Below, in pieces: positions 8,370 to 17,795 of a DNA stretch of 32,443 nt. Every line of letters begins with the position of its first letter. The stretch's first letter is position 1. The stretch spans positions 2,319 to 34,761 of the forward strand of contig MHLC01000022.1 in NCBI GenBank assembly GCA_001818655.1. The letters run 5' to 3'. Below the pieces are notes generated by a model. That model was not told the DNA's origin and ran no database searches. It worked only from the letters and a program-made list of their open reading frames with translations. The position numbers were made by a program, and so were the translations under genes. The stretch comes from Candidatus Liptonbacteria bacterium RIFCSPLOWO2_01_FULL_56_20. Its GTDB lineage: Bacteria; Patescibacteriota; Minisyncoccia; UBA6257; 2-01-FULL-56-20.

Positions 8370-9723
8370 ATTCTGAATACTTTTTGTCTATGCTGCGGAA
8401 GGTAACGCGTTCTGGATCGAACATAAGGTTCACGCTTCCCAGGGGGCCGTTGCGGTGTTTCCCGATGTTGATCTGCGCTACGTTCTGCTCTTCAAGCGGC
8501 ACGTCTTGCTTGTCGCGGTCTTTGCGGTAGATGAAGAGCACCACGTCCGCATCCTGTTCAATGGCGCCGGATTCCCGGAGGTCGGAGAGTTTGGGTATTT
8601 TGCTGTCCCGTTGGTCAACGGCGCGCGAGAGCTGGGATACGGCGAGCACCGGCACTTGGAGTTCGCGCGAGAGCGCTTTTAGGCCCCGCGAGATCTCGGT
8701 TACCTGCTGGACCATATTGTCCGAGTTGCGGCGCGGGAGGATGAGTTGGAGGTAGTCCACGACGATGAGGCCAAGTCCGTGCTCTATCTGGAGCCGGCGC
8801 GCCATTGAGCGCATCTGCATGATATTCGGGGATGGCGTGTCGTCGATGAATATGGGCGCCTGCGAGAGGCGGTCGAGCGTGTGCTGGATCATTTCGAACT
8901 CCGCGTCGTTCGTGATGCGGCCGGTGCGGAGCCGCCACAGGGGCACGCCTGACTCTGCCGCGATCAGGCGGTCGATGACCTGCTCGCGCGACATTTCGAT
9001 CGAGAAGATGCCGACCGGCACATGGGCCTTGAGGGCGGCGTTCCGCGCGATGTCTAAGGCGAGCGTGGTCTTGCCGAGTGATGGCCGCGCTCCGATGACG
9101 ATAAGGTCCGATTTCTGGAGGCCCGAGAGGAGGCTGTCTAAACCGTCGAAACCGGTTGGCACGCCGCGGAGCGCACCCTTGTGCGCGTGGAGCTTTTCTA
9201 TCCGCTCGTAGGCGTTCCGCAGCTCCTCTCGGAGCGGGACGAAGTTTTGCGGGATGGATTTTTGCGAGATAGAAAGTATCTTCTGCTCCATCTCGTCCAT
9301 CAGGTCGTCGAACTCCTTGGCCGGCTCAAAAGCGTTCTCCGTGATCTCCGCGGACGCGCGGATGAGGTCGCGGAGCACTTTTTTCTCTTTCACGATCTTC
9401 GCGAAGTGGTCGACGTGCGATGACGTGGCGACGCGGTTCGTGAGATCGGCGAGGTAGCCAGAGCCGCCGACGTCGGCGAGGACACCCTTTTCCGTGAGCC
9501 GGTTCGTGAGGGTGAGGAGGTCAACGGGCTGGCGCTTCTCGTAGAGATCGAGGATGCTCTCGTAGATCTTTTCGTGCGCCGGGGTGTAAAAATCTTCGGG
9601 CGCAAGCAGGTCCGCGACTTTGATGACCGCGTCTTTGTCTATCAAAAGCGAACCCAGGACCGATTGTTCGGCCTCGATGTTCTGCGGGGGGAGCCTAAGC
9701 GTGTCTTTTTTCTTTGGCGGCAT
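8329..9723 (-). CDS. dnaB: Replicative DNA helicase
   Basis: PPQNIEAEQSVLG; ARPSLGKT Walker A; VDYLQL; DLRESGAIEQDAD; KHRNGP. Confidence 0.98.
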   Translation of the reverse strand: MPPKKKDTLRLPPQNIEAEQSVLGSLLIDKDAVIKVADLLAPEDFYTPAHEKIYESILDLYEKRQPVDLLTLTNRLTEKGVLADVGGSGYLADLTNRVATSSHVDHFAKIVKEKKVLRDLIRASAEITENAFEPAKEFDDLMDEMEQKILSISQKSIPQNFVPLREELRNAYERIEKLHAHKGALRGVPTGFDGLDSLLSGLQKSDLIVIGARPSLGKTTLALDIARNAALKAHVPVGIFSIEMSREQVIDRLIAAESGVPLWRLRTGRITNDAEFEMIQHTLDRLSQAPIFIDDTPSPNIMQMRSMARRLQIEHGLGLIVVDYLQLILPRRNSDNMVQQVTEISRGLKALSRELQVPVLAVSQLSRAVDQRDSKIPKLSDLRESGAIEQDADVVLFIYRKDRDKQDVPLEEQNVAQINIGKHRNGPLGSVNLMFDPERVTFRSIDKKYSEYESEPAGVGEKTY

Positions 9724-11082
9724 GGTTCTTTGGGTGTGTCCTGGGTCCCTTTGGGGTGTCTTCGACTATGTATCCTAACCCTTCTATTTCTTTTCTCAAG
9801 AGGTCTGCCTGCGTAAACTGTTTATTTTTTCTGGATCTCTCGCGTTTTCGGACAAGTTCTCTGATTTTGGCCGGGATGGGAGGGCTTTTAATGGCTTTTT
9901 TCAGGCCAAGCAGGTCCAGTAGAGGCCCGATATTCATGCGGGAATCGCGCACCTTGGAGACGACCGACAGGGCCTTGGCGGTGTTGAGGTTGTTGTAGAG
10001 CGCCGCACGGAATGCCGATTCTACTCTTTTGGAAGCAAGGGTCTTGTTCTCGGAGGCCGCAGCATTCAGGCGGGAGATCGCGCGGAGGTCGTTCCCCATA
10101 TCAGCAGAGAAGTTCATCTGCGTTCCGTAATTGGTTTGGAGCGCGACATATCTGAATGCCAGACCGGCATGCGGCGTTATCCGCCTGAAGTGATCCAGCG
10201 CGTAAAAATTGTTTTCCCGTTTTGCCATCTTGCGGCCGTTGACCAGGAGGTGCTCGCCGTGCACCCAGTACCTGACGAATGGCTTGTAGATCGGCTGGCT
10301 CTGCGCGATCTCGTTCGTGTGGTGGGGGAATATGAGGTCCACGCCGCCGGTGTGGATGTCGGTCGGCTCCCCGCCGAATGCTTCGTAGTTCATAACCGAG
10401 CACTCGATGTGCCAGCCCGGCCGGCCGTCGCCCAGTTCCGCGTCGCGCCAGAAAATTTTTCCGTCGGATCTATCGCGGCCTTTCCAGAGCGCAAAGTCGC
10501 TCAAGTTTTCTTTTTCGTAATCGTCCACCCTGACGCGCGCGCCTGTTTTTTTGCCCCGTAAGAAATCTTTGCCGACTAACGCGCCGTAGTCCCCGAATTT
10601 TTTCTGGTAGTTCTGGATGCTGAAATACACGCCATCCGTGGATTTATACGCGTAGCCGAGCTTGATGAGCTTTTTGATGAAGCCCCTGATGGCGTTGATC
10701 TTGTCCGAAACGCGGATGAACGTGATGTGTTTCGGGTCTGTCGGCACGTTTACTTCCCGAAGGTCGTTCTTGAATTTTGCGATAAAGCGGCCGGTGTACG
10801 CGCGCAATTCTTTAGGCGTGGCGCGGCTGCCGAATTCGTCCACTGTGCGTTTGATGGTCTTGTCGTCCACGTCAGTGATGTTCATTGCCCAGCGGACCTT
10901 GCAGCCGTTGTATTCCAAAGTGCGGCGCAGGATGTCTGCGAAAATATAGCTCCGCAGGTTTCCGATGTGCGCTTCGTCATACACCGTGGGCCCGCAGGTA
11001 TATAAGTTACCGTTTTGCCTTTGAGCGGCTTGAATACTTCGAGCTTGCGCGTGAGGGTGTTGTAGAGTTTTAAAGCGGCCAC
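9695..11082 (-). CDS. cysS: Cysteine-tRNA ligase with an apparent 1-nt frameshift near 11004-11006
   Basis: N-terminus LKLYNTLTRKLEVFKP is in one frame; LYTCGPTVYDEAHIGN, GRPGWHIECS, DIHTGGVDLIFPHHTNEIAQS and KMAKR are in another. Confidence 0.9.
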
Positions 11083-11122
11083 GGCTGTATTTTACTCCTT
11101 TTTTACTGCCCTAAAAAGCGTT

Positions 11123-11146
11123 CCGGCCAGGAATAGTCCTGGCCGG
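11123..11146 (-). terminator. Hairpin, probable terminator of the 11154-11498 gene
   Basis: CCGGCCAGGA-ATAG-TCCTGGCCGG; T run nearby on the minus strand. Confidence 0.55.
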
Positions 11147-11153
11147 GTTGACC

Positions 11154-11498
11154 TCATGGTATGTTTGCCGAGCGGACGAAGTCCACAACATGCTCCGCGT
11201 CAGAGAGCCGTGAGCGGACGCGGGGGTCATCATGACGGCAGAAGACGACCACCGGACCCCAGCGCTTCGAGTTCGTGATCCTCTCTTCGGCGTCTGAGTC
11301 GTGCCGCACGCCGAGGACGAGATAGGTATCGAGGGCGGGGAGGTCGCCTTTTTCGCAGATCAGTGCGTTGCCCAGGAATGCAGGCGCGTTTCCCGTGATA
11401 CCTTCCTGCACACAGACGAGACCGCTCTCCGAGACTGATACCTGAAGCAGGGTGCCGTCATAGAGTTCTGCCAGCCAGCTCGCAATCGGTTTAGGCAT
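11154..11498 (-). CDS. Hypothetical protein (114 aa)
   Basis: GGAGG SD upstream and a hairpin downstream; no recognised family. Confidence 0.6.
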   Translation of the reverse strand: MPKPIASWLAELYDGTLLQVSVSESGLVCVQEGITGNAPAFLGNALICEKGDLPALDTYLVLGVRHDSDAEERITNSKRWGPVVVFCRHDDPRVRSRLSDAEHVVDFVRSANIP

Positions 11499-11575
11499 AT
11501 GTCATCCCTCCAGCTGGTTATGTTGTAGCAGTAAAATCGCTGGGAGGCAATAGAGTTTGCGTAATTCTGCAGGTA

Positions 11576-11598
11576 TGGTATAATGTAGAAAGGAGGTG
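11576..11598 (+). promoter_or_regulatory. Extended -10 promoter and strong SD
   Basis: TGGTATAAT followed by AAAGGAGGTG before ATG 11603. Confidence 0.65.
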
Positions 11599-11602
11599 CG
11601 GA

Positions 11603-11941
11603 ATGAAATTGACAGCAGTAAGACGGTGGTTCCTGATTGGGCTCGGCTTGTCGCTCGTTCTGGGCGTCGGTGCCATCTATTCGGAATCCGAGGGGTACAT
11701 GCGGTTGCCGATGCTCCTGTATCTGATGACCACGGTTGCAGCCAGTTTTTTCGCGTTCATCGCCAGTCGGACCGGACAGGGCCTCGCTGATTTCTTCGAC
11801 GGGGTTCATCGTCCGATGGGGCGGGGCCGCAACGCGGATCGCGACTCTTTTCCGCGTTCAAGCAGGTTCTGCCTGGGCTACGCTCTTCCGCTGGGGGCAT
11901 TCATCGGCGGGAAGATCGTCCTGGCCTATATCTACCCATAG
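11603..11941 (+). CDS. Small membrane protein (about 3 TM segments)
   Basis: Hydrophobic segments; promoter, SD and terminator all present. Confidence 0.7.
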   Translation: MKLTAVRRWFLIGLGLSLVLGVGAIYSESEGYMRLPMLLYLMTTVAASFFAFIASRTGQGLADFFDGVHRPMGRGRNADRDSFPRSSRFCLGYALPLGAFIGGKIVLAYIYP

Positions 11942-11965
11942 GCCACAGATGTCATGGGCAAAGAG

Positions 11966-12003
11966 AGCCCGTCCTTGCAAGTTAAGACGGGCTTTTCTGT
12001 TTT
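11966..12003 (+). terminator. Rho-independent terminator
   Basis: AGCCCGTC..GACGGGCT followed by TTTCTGTTTT. Confidence 0.65.
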
Positions 12004-12016
12004 ATTCTATACCCGC

Positions 12017-12060
12017 GTCTTCTTAACAAATCCCGCGGCCGCGGGATTTGTTAAGAAGAC
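12017..12060. repeat. Perfect 44-bp palindrome, copy 1
   Basis: GTCTTCTTAACAAATCCCGCGG|CCGCGGGATTTGTTAAGAAGAC. Confidence 0.95.
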
Positions 12061-12241
12061 AGGATCTATAGTTATCAAGAATTTTGACGTAGAATTAATA
12101 ATCTATGGCTTGCGGCCGCTCTTTGCATATTAAAGCATGTTGATTAGCATTCTTGACCTATCCGACAGGCCCCTCGGCCGCGGGCTCGGGACCGAACGGC
12201 TCAAGGTCTGCGACCGCCCTGATTTTCACTAAGACCATTGA

Positions 12242-12280
12242 TTAGCGGTCTTGACACTCGACTGCTAATCGCCCTATACT
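12242..12280 (+). promoter_or_regulatory. CIRCE operator overlapping a sigma70 promoter of the hrcA operon
   Basis: TTAGCGGTC-N9-GACTGCTAA at 12242-12268 (consensus TTAGCACTC-N9-GAGTGCTAA). TTGACA at 12251-12256 lies in the spacer; TATACT at 12275-12280. Confidence 0.85.
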
Positions 12281-12289
12281 TGACCCATT

Positions 12290-12967
12290 ATGGAGCCGCG
12301 CACCACGGGCATCCTCAAGGCCGTTATCAGCGAATTCATAGAGAGCGGAGAGCCGGTGAGTTCGGAATGGCTCTACGAGCACCATGATTTTGGCATCAAG
12401 CCCGCCATGATCCGGTTGGAATTGGGCGGCCTCACGGATAAGGGCTACCTGGTGCAGCCGCATACTGCGGCAGGGCGGGTCCCGTCCGACAAAGGGCTCG
12501 CATTTTTCGCGAAAAGCGCGATAGAAGAGGATGCGCCCGCATGCGGCGAAGAGCTTCTTGGCCTTTTCCGCGAGCAGGCGTGGCCGGAATTCCTTTCGGA
12601 ATTCTCTTCGGAGCTTGATATCTTGGGTGCGGCGTCGGTGTTCCCGGAGCGCGCGGCGTATAAAAGCATGCTCACTAACCTGGTTGACCATTTTGACTGG
12701 CCGCCTTCGGAGATCAGGGACCTGGTCCGTGATTTTGAGAATCTGGATGAGCGGCTTGGGAAGATGGGAGGCGCGTTTCAGAGCGACATCCAGGCGTTTA
12801 TCGGCCGTAAGAGTCCGGTCACGAAGAGCGAACACCTCGCGGTCATCGCCGGGAGCTATGGCGTGGACGGACACAGGGTGTTCGTGTGCGCGATCGGGCC
12901 GAAGAGGATGGATTATAAGAAAACCGCAAAGGTCATGAAGGGATTAAAAATAGCGAGTAGAAAGTAG
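12290..12967 (+). CDS. hrcA: Heat-inducible transcription repressor HrcA (short form)
   Basis: ILKAVISEFIESGEPVSS..PAMIRLEL..GYLVQPHTAAGRVPSDKG..IGPKRMDY; CIRCE upstream. Confidence 0.9.
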   Translation: MEPRTTGILKAVISEFIESGEPVSSEWLYEHHDFGIKPAMIRLELGGLTDKGYLVQPHTAAGRVPSDKGLAFFAKSAIEEDAPACGEELLGLFREQAWPEFLSEFSSELDILGAASVFPERAAYKSMLTNLVDHFDWPPSEIRDLVRDFENLDERLGKMGGAFQSDIQAFIGRKSPVTKSEHLAVIAGSYGVDGHRVFVCAIGPKRMDYKKTAKVMKGLKIASRK

Positions 12968-12985
12968 CGAGTAGGCAGGAAGCAG
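12951..12985 (+). repeat. TAGNNAG heptamer array that supplies the hrcA stop codon
   Basis: TAGCGAG TAGAAAG TAGCGAG TAGGCAG GAAGCAG. Confidence 0.75.
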
Positions 12986-12992
12986 GAAAAAC

Positions 12993-13508
12993 ATGAACGA
13001 AGAACAAAAACAAAATAGCAATAAAGAAGAAGCGGCAAAACCAGAGATGAGCGAACTTCAGAAGTGCGAAGCGCAGAAAAATGAGTATCTCGCGGGCTGG
13101 CAGCGCGCGAAAGCCGACCTCATCAACTATAAAAAAGAGGAGTTGCAGCGGCTTGAGGAGTTTGCCAAGTACCACGGCGCTGAATTCATGCGGGAGCTCA
13201 TTGCCGTGCTTGACGCATTTGATCTGGGGCTCGCAGCGCTTGAGAAGCAGGGATCCGTAGAGAAAGGGATCTATATGATCCGGGCGCAGATCGAGGACAT
13301 ATTGAAGAGCCACGGGCTTACGAAAATTCCCATAAGGGTCGGCGATCCGTTCGACCCCGCGGTCGCGGAAGCGATCGCCGAGGCAGAGTCAGGAGAACCG
13401 CCGGGAACCGTTCTCGAGGAGATCGAACCCGGGTACCGGCTCCACGATAAGATCCTTAGGCCAGCGCGAGTAAAAATATCAAAAGGTCAACCAGCAAGTC
13501 ATCAATAA
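12993..13508 (+). CDS. grpE: Nucleotide exchange factor GrpE
   Basis: WQRAKADLINYKK..FDPAVAEA..GYRLHDKILRPARV. Confidence 0.96.
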   Translation: MNEEQKQNSNKEEAAKPEMSELQKCEAQKNEYLAGWQRAKADLINYKKEELQRLEEFAKYHGAEFMRELIAVLDAFDLGLAALEKQGSVEKGIYMIRAQIEDILKSHGLTKIPIRVGDPFDPAVAEAIAEAESGEPPGTVLEEIEPGYRLHDKILRPARVKISKGQPASHQ

Positions 13509-13517
13509 CACAACACC

Positions 13518-15452
13518 ATGCCAAAAATTTTAGGGATAGATCTGGGAACTACGAATTCTGCGGTCGCGGTCACGGACAGCGGCGAGCCGCGCATTTTAGA
13601 GACCGTTGAAGGCAATCGCACCATGCCTTCTATCGTCGCGGTGAGCAAGGCAGGGGAACGCCTCGTGGGGCTTTTGGCCAAGCGGCAAGCCATCACCAAT
13701 CCCAAGAACACGATCTTTTCCGTGAAGCGCCTGATCGGCCGCAAGTGGAGCGACCCAGAGGTTCAGCGGGACAAGGGGTGGCTACCCTATGACATAGTGG
13801 AAGGTCCGAACAGCAGCGTGCGGGTGAAAATGTCCGTCGGAGGCGGATCCGCCTCTGGCGGAGGCGACTATTCCTCGGAAGAGATCTCCGCGTTCATCCT
13901 GGGCAAGCTCAAGGCGGATGCGGAGGCGAAACTCGGCGAAAAAGTGGAAGAAGCGGTCATTACCGTGCCCGCGTATTTCGACGATTCACAGCGGCAGGCG
14001 ACCAAGAATGCCGGGGAGATCGCTGGATTCAAAGTGAGGAGGATCTTGAACGAGCCGACCGCGGCAGCGCTCGCCTACGGGTTTGGGACAGGGAAACAAC
14101 TCCGACGCTCGCAAGGCGAGGCCGGAGCCCCAGGCGAAGCGTCGGGAAAGAACGAAAAGATCGTGGTGTACGACTTTGGCGGCGGCACGTTCGACATCTC
14201 GGTTTTGGAGGTTGGCGACGACACGGTGGAGGTCAAGGCGACCGGTGGCGACACGCATTTGGGCGGCGACGATTTCGACAAGCGTGTGATCGAGTATCTT
14301 GTTGCCGAATACAAAAAACAGGAGGGCATTGACATCTCAAAGGATCCGCTCGCGCTGCAGCGCCTCAAAGAGGCGGCCGAGCGCGCGAAACACGAGCTCT
14401 CGACCGCGGTCGAAACAGAGATCAATCTTCCGTATGTGAGCTCGGACGCGTCCGGCCCCAAGCATTTTCTGATGAAGCTTACGCGGGCTAAGCTTGAATC
14501 CCTGGTGAAGGACTACATTGACCGTTCGATCGAGCTCACGCGCGCGACCGTTACCTTGCCCCAGCCAAAAGGCGCGGGGTTCAAACTTCCGGAGATCAAT
14601 GAAGTGATCCTCGTCGGCGGCCAGACGCGCATGCCGGCGATGGTGGAGGCGGTCAAGAACCTTTTCGGCAAGGAGCCGCACAAGGGCATCAACCCGGACG
14701 AAGTGGTGGCGATCGGAGCCGCGGTCCAGGCAGGGATACTGCAGGGCGACGTGAAAGACATCCTGCTCTTGGACGTCACGCCTCTTGCCTTGAGCATCGA
14801 GACCTTGGGCGGCGTGGCTACGCCAATGATACAGAAGAATACTACGGTCCCTACGGCGAAGACCCAGATCTTCTCGACCGCGGGCGACAGTCAGACGTCG
14901 GTCGAGGTGCACGTGCTGCAGGGCGAACGCCCCATGGCGCAGGACAACAAGACGCTTGCGCGGTTCATGCTGGACGGCATTCCGCCATCGCCGCGCGGCG
15001 TGCCGCAGATCGAGGTGACATTTGACATCGACGCGAACGGCATCCTGAACGTGTCTGCGAAAGACAAGGCCACGGGTAAATCGCAGTCCGTGCGCATCGA
15101 GGCATCCACCGCGCTTTCAAAGGAAGAAGTCGAGCGCCTGCGGCGCGAAGCCGCGGAGCATGCGTCCGAGGATACAGCAAAACGCGAGACCGCAGAGTTG
15201 CGTAACCAGGCAGAAAGCCTGATCTATGTGGCGGAAAAAGCGCTTCGCGAAGCAGGAGACAAGGTAAGCGAAGACGTGAAAAAATCAATAAACGAGAAGA
15301 TCGAACAGCTGAAACAAGTAAAAGACGGCGGCGCAAAAGAAGCGATACAGGGCGCGATCGCAGGGTTGAACGCCGAAATTCAAAAAATAGGCCAGGCGTT
15401 CTATAATAAGGATCAAGATGGCGGGGCTAATTCAGCACCAGAGTCTCATTGA
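13518..15452 (+). CDS. dnaK: Chaperone DnaK carrying two in-frame palindromic insertions
   Basis: [48 protein letters not shown]. Confidence 0.98.
   Translation: MPKILGIDLGTTNSAVAVTDSGEPRILETVEGNRTMPSIVAVSKAGERLVGLLAKRQAITNPKNTIFSVKRLIGRKWSDPEVQRDKGWLPYDIVEGPNSSVRVKMSVGGGSASGGGDYSSEEISAFILGKLKADAEAKLGEKVEEAVITVPAYFDDSQRQATKNAGEIAGFKVRRILNEPTAAALAYGFGTGKQLRRSQGEAGAPGEASGKNEKIVVYDFGGGTFDISVLEVGDDTVEVKATGGDTHLGGDDFDKRVIEYLVAEYKKQEGIDISKDPLALQRLKEAAERAKHELSTAVETEINLPYVSSDASGPKHFLMKLTRAKLESLVKDYIDRSIELTRATVTLPQPKGAGFKLPEINEVILVGGQTRMPAMVEAVKNLFGKEPHKGINPDEVVAIGAAVQAGILQGDVKDILLLDVTPLALSIETLGGVATPMIQKNTTVPTAKTQIFSTAGDSQTSVEVHVLQGERPMAQDNKTLARFMLDGIPPSPRGVPQIEVTFDIDANGILNVSAKDKATGKSQSVRIEASTALSKEEVERLRREAAEHASEDTAKRETAELRNQAESLIYVAEKALREAGDKVSEDVKKSINEKIEQLKQVKDGGAKEAIQGAIAGLNAEIQKIGQAFYNKDQDGGANSAPESH
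13833..13862. repeat. 30-bp palindromic element in frame in dnaK ([10 protein letters not shown])
   Basis: TCCGTCGGAGGCGGA|TCCGCCTCTGGCGGA; related copies at 16767-16796 and 18114-18143. Confidence 0.85.
14097..14147. repeat. About 51-bp palindromic element in frame in dnaK ([17 protein letters not shown])
   Basis: TCCGACGCT/AGCGTCGGG termini with inner hairpin CTCGC-AAG-GCGAG; similar termini at 28683-28764. Confidence 0.75.
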
Positions 15453-16479
15453 GCAGGCCGCGCGTCGCGAGGTCGTCCGGCCGAAGAAGTTTTACGCGCC
15501 GCTTGTTCTTGACGCGCTCGTCGTCGTCTCTGCGTTCGGCCTCGCGGGCGCGTATAAGGGTTACCTTGCGGGCGGGGCGCCGCTCGGCGCGTTGCTTGCC
15601 GCGCTCGCGCTATTTGCCGTTCTCTCGGTGCTCGCGATGCTTCTTACCAAGGCGTTTCGCCGGAGGCTCGTCGTGCTCGCGATCGAAGTCGTCGCGCTAT
15701 TCCTGCCGTTCTACGACACCCCGGTCGCTTACCCGTTCCAATTTTTGACGCTCACTGCGCTTGCCGCATTCATCGTCCTCGTGTTCGGGGAATACATGGG
15801 CGCGCGGGCGCTCGACAATACGATCAAGATCCAGTTCTTTCGGGTCATCCAGCCGCAGCTTTCACGTCTTATTACGGCGATGGTGCTCTGCGGGGTGATC
15901 CTGTATCTGCCGTACTGGGGCGCGCAGGGAAGCTTCCTTTCTCTGGAGAATTTTAACCGCATGTTTGATTTCGGGATCGGCCCGGTCAAGCAGTTCTATC
16001 CCGAGATAACCTTCACTGGTTCTTTCGGAGATTTTGCGGATGCCATGACGCGTTTACAGCTGAAGAACGACGCGAGGTTCCGCCTGCTCTCGCCAGCAGA
16101 ACAGGAGCGTACGATCCGAGATACCGCAGAACAGCTCCGCGTGAGCCTCTCCGCGAGCCTCAAGTCGGACATTTCGGCAGACAAGCCACTGGTCGTCGTG
16201 TTCTACGATTTTCTGGTGAGCATGCTCGCGCAGTGGCGCGAGACGTTCGGGAACCAATTTCTCTTCGCGTGGGCGGCGATGCTGTTTTTGATCGCGAGAA
16301 GTCTCGGCGTGGTGTTCTACTGGGCAAGCGCGGTCATCGCGTTCTTCGTATATCAGGCGCTCATTGCGGCTAATTTCATCCGCGTGACTGGCGAGACGGG
16401 CGTGCACGAAGTGCTTGACTATTATGCGCCTTACCACAACAATAACGGGCGGATAGACGAAGGGCGGCGGGAGCCATAA
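15418..16479 (+). CDS. Multi-pass membrane protein between dnaK and dnaJ (start uncertain)
   Basis: About 5 N-terminal and 2 C-terminal hydrophobic helices with a soluble loop between; fills the operon gap. Confidence 0.75.
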   Translation: MAGLIQHQSLIEQAARREVVRPKKFYAPLVLDALVVVSAFGLAGAYKGYLAGGAPLGALLAALALFAVLSVLAMLLTKAFRRRLVVLAIEVVALFLPFYDTPVAYPFQFLTLTALAAFIVLVFGEYMGARALDNTIKIQFFRVIQPQLSRLITAMVLCGVILYLPYWGAQGSFLSLENFNRMFDFGIGPVKQFYPEITFTGSFGDFADAMTRLQLKNDARFRLLSPAEQERTIRDTAEQLRVSLSASLKSDISADKPLVVVFYDFLVSMLAQWRETFGNQFLFAWAAMLFLIARSLGVVFYWASAVIAFFVYQALIAANFIRVTGETGVHEVLDYYAPYHNNNGRIDEGRREP

Positions 16480-16499
16480 CGGCTTAGGCCGGTTGTTTT

Positions 16500-17621
16500 A
16501 TGCCAAAAGATTACTACAAAATTCTAGGGGTGGAGCGCGGCGCATCCGAGGAAGAGATAAAAAGAGCTTACCGGAAGCTCGCGCACAAGCACCATCCCGA
16601 CAAAACTGGCGGCGACGGGAAAAAATTCAAGGAACTGAACGAGGCGTACCAAGTGCTCTCGGACAAGCAGAAGCGGGCGCAGTATGACCGATTCGGCACC
16701 GCAGAGCCGTTCATGGGGTTCGGCGGCGGCGGCACCGGGCCGTTCTCCGGATTTGATTTCGGGTTCTCCGCAGGAGGCGGGCCCTCTTCGGGCTGGGAAG
16801 GGTTTGACGGCCAGGGATTCCCCGATATGGGCGGTTTGGGTGAGATCTTTGATTCGTTCTTTGAGGGATTGGGAGTGCGCCCGCGCAGGCCCGTATACCG
16901 GCGCGGGTCAGATATCGAGGTGACGCTCGAGATATCGCTTGAAGAAGCGTTCCGCGGCGCGACCAAACCGCTTGCGGTAACGACGCTCACACGCTGCGAG
17001 CGCTGCAAGGGGCAGGGAGGCGACCCTGCCGCGGGGTCAAAAGCGTGCGCGGCGTGCAACGGCCGCGGCGAGGTGCGGGAGGAGCGGCAGACGTTTTTCG
17101 GCAGTTTCGCGCAGGTAAGAACCTGTAGCGCGTGCCGCGGCGCGGGTCAAATCCCGGTGAAGGTCTGCAGCGCGTGCGAGGGGAGCGGCAGGATCTCCGG
17201 CGCGCGCAGCGTGCAGATAGACATCGTGCCGGGCATTGAAGACGGCCAGATCGTAAAGCTAAGCGGTATGGGGGAGGCCGGCGAGCGGGGGACTGGCGCA
17301 GGCGGCCTCTACGTACGCGTGAAGATCCACCCGCACCCGGTGTTCGTGCGCAAAGGAAGCGACCTTATCGTTACCAAGGAACTTAAAGTGGTGGGTCTTT
17401 TGCTCGGTCGGAAAATAGAGGTGCCGACCATAAGCGGCGGGAAAGCGTACGTAGAAATTCCCGCGCATTTCAACCTTAAAGAGAACCTTCGTATCCCCGG
17501 AGAAGGCATGCCGCGGTTCGGCAGTTTTGGCAGGGGAGATCTTTTTGTGAGTTTTATCATTAAGGCGCCCAAGAAAGTGGACGCAAAAATCGCAAAACTG
17601 CTGGAGGAAATGGAGGGATAA
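16500..17621 (+). CDS. dnaJ: Chaperone DnaJ
   Basis: J domain with HPD, G/F region and four CxxCxGxG motifs. Confidence 0.98.
   Translation: MPKDYYKILGVERGASEEEIKRAYRKLAHKHHPDKTGGDGKKFKELNEAYQVLSDKQKRAQYDRFGTAEPFMGFGGGGTGPFSGFDFGFSAGGGPSSGWEGFDGQGFPDMGGLGEIFDSFFEGLGVRPRRPVYRRGSDIEVTLEISLEEAFRGATKPLAVTTLTRCERCKGQGGDPAAGSKACAACNGRGEVREERQTFFGSFAQVRTCSACRGAGQIPVKVCSACEGSGRISGARSVQIDIVPGIEDGQIVKLSGMGEAGERGTGAGGLYVRVKIHPHPVFVRKGSDLIVTKELKVVGLLLGRKIEVPTISGGKAYVEIPAHFNLKENLRIPGEGMPRFGSFGRGDLFVSFIIKAPKKVDAKIAKLLEEMEG
16767..16796. repeat. Degenerate 30-bp element in frame in the dnaJ G/F region ([10 protein letters not shown])
   Basis: TCCGCAGGAGGCGGGCCCTCTTCGGGCTGG resembles the dnaK element in its left half and in length. 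Confidence 0.5.
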
Positions 17622-17644
17622 GGGCAGACGCGCCATCTTTTTGT

Positions 17645-17682
17645 TTCTTAACAAATTCCGCGGCCGCGGAATTTGTTAAGAA
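17645..17682. repeat. Perfect 38-bp palindrome, copy 2
   Basis: TTCTTAACAAATTCCGCGG|CCGCGGAATTTGTTAAGAA. Confidence 0.95.
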
Positions 17683-17795
17683 GGTGAATCGGTTTGAACC
17701 TGACGGCGAAGAACCGAGGGCCGCCGCGAGCAAAAGCAGCGGCCCCTTAAAATTTGAAAATTCGTTTATAAGCATATAAAATACGCGTGGAATAT

